Positions 47,501 through 56,500 of a stretch of 64,000 nucleotides of DNA are shown in pieces (within the stretch, counting starts at the first letter, position 1; each line of letters begins with the position of its first letter). Under the pieces are notes generated by a model that worked only from the letters and a program-made list of their open reading frames with translations, was not told the origin of the DNA and did not search any database. The stretch is from Amoebophrya sp. A120 (taxonomy: Eukaryota > Protista > Dinoflagellata). The translations under genes and the position numbers were made by a program. Where the stretch lies: positions 2,122,391 through 2,186,390 of the forward strand of contig CAJINV010000004.1 in the NCBI GenBank assembly GCA_905178155.1, read 5' to 3'.

Positions 47501-50500
47501 CCGACCACTGCGCCTCAAACTGCAGGCGGTTGATGTACAGAGCCCTTTCCTTCAGGCCCGCGTCGAAAAAAATCTTGATCCCGTCAAAGTTGTACTCAAC
47601 ACGCTGCACCTCTTCTCGTGCGAGTGGCCCGCAGTGCCCGCCCCGCTCAAGGAGTGAAAGCAAGCTTGCAACCTCGTACACCTGCTTCACGAACCCGAGG
47701 AACAACCCCTCACGCACCCCACGGTGGATTGTCTTTGCCATCTCCGTGTTCCCCACGCACCCAGTCACTGGAATACGCCCGCATGCTGCGCGCATGTGAG
47801 CATCTGCCACCACGGGGTCCGTCCTCGCATCAAGGTCTGCAGTCTCAATCTCTTGCTCGGTTGCGGTCACGGTTTCGCCGAGCTGGTCTTCTGCAAAAAT
47901 AGCGGGCTCACCCTTCGTGAACTTCAGAACGGCCTCGAGATCCGCACCCTCCTCGAGGGGATTATCTGTATCAGCGGTGCTGCAGGTGTCCCCCGCATCA
48001 GAATGTGCGTCTTCCTTCTTCACGTCGCTCGCAGCGTCCCTCGCACCGCGGTAGCTTTCATCGATCCACGACGGCACGAGCGATTCATCGCAGAGGCTCC
48101 AATGGGAAGGATACAGTGGAGCCCCGGTTGTGGATGTTACTCGCAAAGACCGTGCTTGCGCGGGCCCGTGCGTCGGATCCGGCCGGGGGCGTTTAAGGCT
48201 GGGCTCCTGTGCGCCCGACACCAAATCTTCACCCTGGTCCGCGGGTGCACCACGCGGTGTGGCAATGTCGAACACGTCGGGGCCTCGACCTTGCACAGGC
48301 GGTACAACTCCAGGTGGTTGTCGTGGGGGTACAATGGGTGTGCCAGGCACCGGCGGAATCTGTCGACCCGCTGGCCGCTGCGGTGAGCCATGTGGTGGTG
48401 GCATCGGCGATCGCACATGCCCCTGCGGTGTTGCAGCAGGATGCGGGCGAGAAGGTGGTGAAACTCCTCGTGGAATGCGCGCGGGGGTCTGTGGGCGTTG
48501 TGTGTTGTGTGCGTTGTCCTGTTGCTGGTGCGGTCTCTGAGGTACCCCTGGGCGGACGGCATCCCGGTTGTGGAGCAGCCCTGAAGCTGGAAGTGCTGCT
48601 TGAACTGCCGCTGCATCCGCGTCTAGCCGAAGGCGATTCTGTTCGAGTGACTCGCCCGTCCAGATGGGGTGCTCGAGATCGTTGAACCGAGCCTCCGCCC
48701 GCACCCAAATCTCGCCGTAGATGCAGCTACCCACACCTTCCGCACGCACATCCCCCGACAGCGTGTAGTTAGTGCGGTTGTACATGTACATTACATGCCG
48801 CCGACCGTCGTTGCCCTCGACTCCTCGCATGGGAAGCTGACCCATGTAGCGCCCCCACCGTTGGCCCGCAACACGCGTGCTCCGCGCAATAACCATGCCA
48901 TCCATTCCGATAGAAAAATCCATGGTGGTCAGGTGCTCAGGGTGGGCAGGATCCTTGGCTTGAAACGCTGCAAAAACTCGCGGTGGTCCTGTGGAGGGCG
49001 TGGCCCGTGCGAGGCCCACATGCACGAACTCCGCGGTGTGCCCAATACGCTTCCCCAGTGCACTAAGCACTACCCCGGGATCTTTGTGGTCCAGGGGCAA
49101 GCCGTAATTCGGCACGAGAAAGACGGCCCAATCCCCGGGAATATGTGCAAGCTTTTGTTGTGGGGCGCGGAGGAAATGCTCGATGTAGCCCATCGGAAAA
49201 TTCGCAGGCTTGATCTTTTCCCAAACCACGTCGTCCGGAGAAACAATGTACACGAAGTTCCCTGCAGTGATGTTGTACGAGCCAGCGGCTTCCCCCGAGC
49301 ACATCCCCCTCATCACCACGCGTTCGGGATGTCTGAAGAGCACGATATGCCCCTGAATGTTCTCCGGTCGCGCAGATGTGTAGTCGTACAGCGCGCGGGC
49401 ATCTGCAATGGCAAGCAATCGCTTTGTTGTGCGCGACCGCTGGATGTACGAATCAAGCAAACCGATCATGTGCCTCTCGCGCCAGAACCCCTGCTCGGCA
49501 CCCTTCACCATGGCGTCAAGGTTAATGCCCTGGAAGTGGATCATGTTCATTTTTGCCTCTGCAAAAATTAACCGCTCGTCTGCATCCCAGTTTTCCTCGC
49601 GGAACCACACGAACGAATCGTAGTAGATCACGGAGAACGCGTACTGCCGGCCGCCAACAAGACTGGTGCCTATGTTTGGACAGTGGAAGGGAACAGCCTG
49701 CACTTCCACATTGCGCAGCGTCACGTATGGAGCAGCCTGGAATCCTCGCATTTCCCGATCCGAGCACCGGACTAGGGTGAGGCGGATTCCGTTGTACGTC
49801 GCAAACATTTGCTCCGCCTCAAGCAGCTGCCGCCGTGGTTTCGGGTATGCAGATCGTCGCCTGATATGGCATCGGTGGTGGCCCGTAACGATCATCCTGA
49901 AGCACGTCTTTTCCTCCGAGCGGCACCACTCGGGCTCCTTCGCGGGGTCTGCAGCGAGACTGGCGTCTAGTTTGCCACCAAGTTCATCGTTGTCTTCCGT
50001 GAACTTTTTGAAAGACTCGCCCTCGTTTTCGTCGTACGTACGGTTGTGCACCACGAGGCCACTTTCGTTCAGCCAAATGAGATCTACCTCGAACACGCCG
50101 GGGCCGTGCATGTAGATCGACTCTGTTGTCTTGGGTTTTTGCCGTGCAAGCCGCCCCCCACAGCGCTCGCACTCGGAAATCACCTGCTGAATAAGACCGG
50201 CCTCTACGAAGAACGTGGATGCAGCGAACAAAACCTCCATTCTGTCCGATCGCTCGCAGCCAAGCGCCTTGTGCACATGCTCGATAAACGCGCGCGACGC
50301 ACGCCGACGCTTCCGCATTGAAACCGACCCAGGAAGCCAGTTTTCTGCTTCCAGCACGAGGTCCCGGAGCGCCATGTCGTAGGCAGTAGGTGAAGGCGTT
50401 AGCTCCTCCAGCGACTCAAGAGGCCCGACCTCGGACCTACCGGGGCGGAGTGATCCTTGGCTTGGAGTTGCACTGCGTTGCCGCGCGCGCGCAGCTGCGT

Positions 50501-53500
50501 AGGCCGCAGCGTACCGCTCTTCTTCTGCCCCATACTGTCGCACGACCTCCCGCTGTAAATATCCCTCGAACCATCCTAAACGAGCATGTAGGCGATCCAA
50601 GCGGTCCTCAGTAAGCACCGCGTCGTGGGGTCGCATTGCACGCGAGCGGGGCCTATCTGCATGGAGGAGTCCAAGTCGCTCAAGCACTGGGACCTCATGC
50701 AGCTTGAGCAGACATTTGAAGAAGATGCTCTGCGCTGATGGCGATGGCGCGGGCAACCGCCACTTTTCGATGAAATCTTGCTCTTGGGCTGTGGTTAGGC
50801 CGCGCATTCGCAGCGTGTGGAACGGACGCCACGCAACGCTGAGGTCATGCGGCGAGAGGGTGCGTGCCTCCGACACGCCAGTCCCAGAAACGCGACTTGT
50901 TGAAATTGTTACTGCACCGCCCCCGGTGAGGTTGTACGCGTGGACGTTCTTATCGATAACCGCGTAGGCACGGAGCCCGTCAAAGTGCGCAGCAGCTTGC
51001 TGGGGATTGGAACAATCCTCAAGTTCCACAAGCGGTGGCACTTGCACGCGCGAATCGAGCCCCTGGAGGATGGATCTGATTGTTGCAAGCCCCGCCACGG
51101 ACTCTTCGATCTTGATGCTTGAACCAAGTCTGAAAAGGCACCACCGCGGTGCGACCCCCGGTTTTGAAAGTTCGAGCCTGCACCTCAAAACCCACCTTGC
51201 ATCTGTCCAGCTGCCAGCGACCGTGTCATAGTACACGTCGCGGCAGCTGGACATCTGCTCCACAACCGCTACATCGCGCGCAACACGTTCGCGTAGTCGC
51301 ATGAATTCGGCCCCACTGTCGATGTCAAAAAGCTTGCCCTGCACGCCGTACTGCGTATCGCGGCTGGCGGTGTTTTTCAATTCCTGATCAAGGTCTGTAC
51401 GAATGGAAAGCGCCGCACTCGAACCCGCGGGCGGCGGTGCAACAAAAGCGTGTGGATCCGTGGTTAGGTGTGGCAAAAAACCTTTCGCCGTGTCGTATAC
51501 CCGCGGATCGCATGGAGTGCGTGTAACCGCCTGCGACGAGAGGAAGGTGGCAACATCCGCTCCCTGGTATTCCAGCACAGGAGCGAGCCCCGGCTTCAAA
51601 GTGCGGCTCACGCCTGTGTCCTCTGCTTCGAGGCGCTCAGGAGTGACGTTTGCAGGGGAGATAGAAATCGCACTCGCAATATCGGGAACACGGTCAAGAA
51701 CATCCATGATGGAGGCCTCCACCCGAGGGCCGGTACGCCCCTGCCGTTTATTGTTGCTGTTGCGCGGGGGAGCACCGACGGCTGCACGATCTCGGTGCCA
51801 CGTCTCCACCTCGTCGGGACGAAGTCCAGGTGGCAGGCACTCGATAGGAAAAACTTCATGCACCGCTTCGAGAATATGCGTCGAAATGTAGTCCCGCACA
51901 GTGAGGTCGTATCGCCGCTCGTCCCGCCCGAGGCTATCTGCAAGCCACAACCCCTCGCGGGATGCATGCATCCGGGTCAGCTGTGGTTTCAGGAACGCGC
52001 GAGACAAGAACTGCAGATCTTTTATCGTGGTTGACGAGCACCCCTGCTCCTGCTCAAAAAGCACGACGTTCCGCGAGTCGCCGATCAAAATGCGCCTCAA
52101 ATGTTCGATGGAAGGATCGACGTTTATCATGTAATCCTTTGCAATCGTGCTCTCGGCACCCAGCGGCTCCTTCGGCTTTCTTGTTGCAGGAAACGGCCGC
52201 GAACGGACCTTGTGAATGTCCACAACATCCCGCAGACTTTCGCCCTCCTTGAACTTACCGTTGAACTTCGCGGTTGGCATCGACATTGTAATTGCAGACC
52301 CACCCCGAACATGCGCATCCAAGACCGTGAACAAGGTGCGCTTGCCTGACTGCACCGCATCCTCATCGATTGGTTTGAGCGGATGCTGCATCACGCACGC
52401 GCGGAGCACATCGAGTGCCATGAGCGCCGACTTGGAGTGAATTATTTTCGCGTACTCTGCATCGCTCTCAATCCGCGACCACGGAGTGAGCTCTGCAAAA
52501 ATGAACGCTGCCCACGGGCCGAGGCACTCCATATTGAAGACCAAAATGCCTAACCGCGCACGGAGGTGTGCCGCAAACTTCGGCACCCGAGGCCATCCTG
52601 CAATGTTGTCGATCACCTCTTGCAAGGTGTACATCGTGCCTTGGCGCAGCAGCTTGCCACTCACCTTTACGCGCCGGCAATACCGCACCTCCTTGCGGAG
52701 CCCAAATTGCAGCCCCGTCATTCCGAGAGCAACATGGTTGCGCCCGCTCTTGGAGACATCCTCGTAGAAGTGCCGCGAAAAAATTGTGCTGTCATCGTAC
52801 ATGAGGCTCTGCGTCTGCTCTGAGTCGTTTTTTCCGTTCTGCGAAACCTTGATGTGATCGTCCACAACGGCGGTGCAAGCAGAGGATGCAATAAACTTCT
52901 CCCTATCCTTGCTGAACGCGTCGCACGGGCCAGACGACGCGGCATCTGCAGCTGCCGCATTGCGCATAGCGCGCCGCTGTTTCCCAACTGTAGCACCCTC
53001 GTGCAGATCAGAATCACCGGTGTGATCCGCATCTGGCGTGGGTTCAAGCCCCAACGAAGCGAGGTACTCGTCCACGAGATGGAATTTGTCCTCGGGGTAG
53101 TTGTGCACGACTTGGTAAGAAAAGGAAAACTCCCCCTCGTCGCAGTCGTCGTCCGAAATGCGGCGGAATCCATGTGCCAAAATCTCGCCGTCGGCCGTAC
53201 GAATTCGTCTTGTCTGCAACGCAGCGGCACCGTCAGGAAGATCTTCTGTATGCGCGTCTCCCTGAACCCGTTTGATGCGAGCCGGCGGGTTATCCTCCCC
53301 TGGAGCGTCGTCTGCAGCCTGTAGGCAATCGAGAAGCTCGGATGCAAGCGCTTTCTCATCGGACCCGTCCCACCGTGTCTTCGGTGCAAAAATCGTTTTG
53401 GGTGTTGGTACCGATATAAAAACTTCTGCAAGAGCAGCGTCCTCTGCGGTGTCGTCAGCTGCCACCGGCTCTGTCGCAGGGGCGCAGTACAAGTCACTGC

Positions 53501-56500
53501 TCGCGCGGGATGCAGGGCAGCAAACACACTTCCGTCCCACAGAAGTGCCACCCAAACCTGGTGGGGGAGCAACGTGGACTTTGGGTTGAAATCGCTCTGC
53601 AACCAGTGCTGCATGCATCGCCCTGTTCTGAAGCGAATGGAACGCCAGATCTGTCTCCACTTCCTCCTCCGCAATGCGCATTTGCCGCAGCCGTGCGTCT
53701 GTGCTGCAGCGGCGCGCAGCGGACAGGACCATCCCGATCGGGTAGTGGTCAAACGCACCGCGATCATTCCGCGAGGAAAGCTCCGCTTTTCGAACATATG
53801 AGAACGCGGGCTTGGAACTCGCCTGTGGCGGCTGCATGAGCAAAATGCAGTCCAGCCTCGTCTTGAAATTAACACCCGTGTGTCTGTTCCGGACGTACGT
53901 GGGGCACCGCCCCGAGTGGAGTTTTGCAGGACCGTCTGCTCGCGGATTTTCCACTGCACGGAACTCGTCGAAACCCGCATCAAGGAGGTCAAATTCCGCG
54001 CAGAGCTGATTTAACCACGCCTGCTCCCACGGGTAGCAGCCCGCACACCACTTTGAAAGCGATGCGTCCGGGATTCCATTTGCTGCAATGCAATCGTCGA
54101 CGTCCCTCGTGCAGTTAAGGTCGCCCATGAGCACGACATTGCGGATGCGCCCACCAGTCTGCGCATCGCGGAAAGTTTTCATGTACCCCCGCACCAGGTC
54201 GAGGAACTTCACCTTCGCTTCATTCGCGTCTGCAGATGTGCGTATTGGCGCCGAAGTATCCTCGTTGTAGTGGCTGCACGGTGCGTATGCACTCAGGAAG
54301 ACGTCTCCTCGCGGCAGATGCAATGCTGAAAGTCGCCCTTCGTCTTTTTCGAGGCGAAAGAACTGCGCGCCAACGCAGAAGCCTGTGCGAACGATAAATC
54401 CCGTCCCATGCAGTCCTCGCGCAGTGTCGCCTACGTTTAGGAAAAGTCGCCAGTCCTTGGACCCGACGAGGGATACGAACAAATCCTCCACCTCCGAGCG
54501 TCGAGCAGTACTCACTTTTGTTTCCTGCAGCGCAATGAGGGTGACGTCCGGCCGTGAGAGAAGCGCCTTGAACTCCTTCGGCCTGTCAAGGAGCTGCCTC
54601 TTCAGTGAGGTGGCGCCGCAATTCCACGAAAAATACCCCTCGGACTCCCTAACCGCACCCGCAGGTTCATTCGCGTTGACCTGTCTCCGCCGTGGTGAGG
54701 TGCCGCTCGTGGGGAGAGCAGACTTCTCCACCAGTTCTTCGTCCGGATCAGCACTGCGGCACTCGAAAGCGAAAGCTACCCGCATTCTCTCGAGGCGCCG
54801 GGCCTCATCGCGCCGGGACAGCCTCTTAGCGGATGCAAGCGCTGTCATGAGCCTCCTCTCACGCCCGCGCTCGGCGAGAAGCTTGTGCGCCTTCCGCTGG
54901 TACACCTGGCCCCTCCGCAACTCGTCGTTGGGAATAATTTTTCCAATGAAGTCCGGGACGGGGTGGTAGATGCACTGGCCGCCGCACAGGGTAAACTCCT
55001 GATGTATGAAGCTGAAGATTTTTCCGTATGTATGCGATCTCACAGCAGGGCGGAGGCCAGGCGTGAACGTATTTCTGTCGCAGTCGAGGACCCCGAAAAC
55101 TTTCTCATGCGCGTCCTCTTCAGTCAGCAGCAAGAGGAGGGTGCGGAGAAAAAACCACGAACGATCCACGCCCTGTTTGCAATGCACAAGAACACGGAGC
55201 GGTGTGTTCTTGGGCCAATCTTTGGGCACGGAGAAACCGAACAAAAACTCGTCCAGCCCCTTGTACAAAGCCTGCAGCGATGCGCGTCCATCCTTGAAGT
55301 CGAATCGGACCCTCACCTGGGGCACGCCCGCACACTTGCTATCGGATGTAGGATCGGGAAGATTGCTGGTGCAATTCACGAGGTAATCCCACTTCTGCTC
55401 TTCACGCGCCTCGAGCGTTCCGAGGTGCAGCTCCACGTTACCACCGACAGTGCAGATGTGCGTCACACTCTCCCCCAGAGTGCCGCATGCACTAGCGAAT
55501 ACGACGTCTCCGCGGTTTTTTGCAAAAAACTCGGCGTCCCCTTCCTTCATTCGGGCGGGGATGCACTCCCAAAAATGATCTCTAGAAGCCGAGTCTCGCT
55601 GCGCGATGGCCTGCCGGTACTCCGCATCCGTGAGAGGGCTGCATCTCGTGCACCCAGACTCCCAGAAAAAATCTTTGAAGTTGTCCTCCTCATGCGCACA
55701 CAAAGAACGCACCTTCGCGGTGGAATTCTCCGCGGTGATCGGCGGCGCCGCAGGTAACGGCGGCGTAGCAGCGTCGTCAGAAGGCACATCTTCACAAAGC
55801 ATAGTGGTAGTGCTATTTCGCAGAAGTCCCTTCGCCGGTAAGAAGTGCGCCGTGCACTCGCCGCACTGCACGCACGCCTTGCGGTACGTGTTCTGCTCCA
55901 CCTTTGCATGTCGCCAATGCACAAGCGTAGCACCCATGTTGGTAACCCGCTCTCGGAGAAGATTCACGAACAGGATGCCCGAGCGGGTGTCCCCATCAGC
56001 ACATGCGGATCCAGCGTAACGCCCGCCAGTGATGAGCGTACGCCTCAGCCAAATAATGGCTGCTCTTTGCAGGAGCCGAGCCGCCATGTTCTCAAGATAC
56101 CCCCGTGATGATGCGGGATGCGGGTACTTCAGAAGGGGAACTTGTGGTGCTGGCGCCCTGGCACGACCGCTACCGTGGCGAAGCTGCAAGATCGGTCGAT
56201 TCGCGATGAGCTTGTACCTGGAAGCGACTCGTTCGGTCGAAGATCGGAAGCACGTAAGATTACGCCGCACAGACTCTGCTGCAAGAACATCAAGAAGAGC
56301 CCCCGACTGCACGTCGCCCTCGTAACACGCGGAGCCGCGGTACTGGTCACGCTCCAGAAGGCACTGCCGAAGCCAAATAACAGCAGCACGCTGGATAAAC
56401 CATGCTGCGGCGTGCTGTACCTCCTCGTCTCCCACCGGTCCTCCACAGGGTGCAGGGTACCACCCACGACGCGCGTTTGGAGGTGCCTCCGCAGGGTTGT

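Noticed and set aside
53725-54640. ORF3 as a LINE-type APE-RT ORF2
   Set aside because: The RT, RNase H and protease motifs are LTR/gypsy-type, and the nuclease looks closer to cellular ExoIII/APE1.
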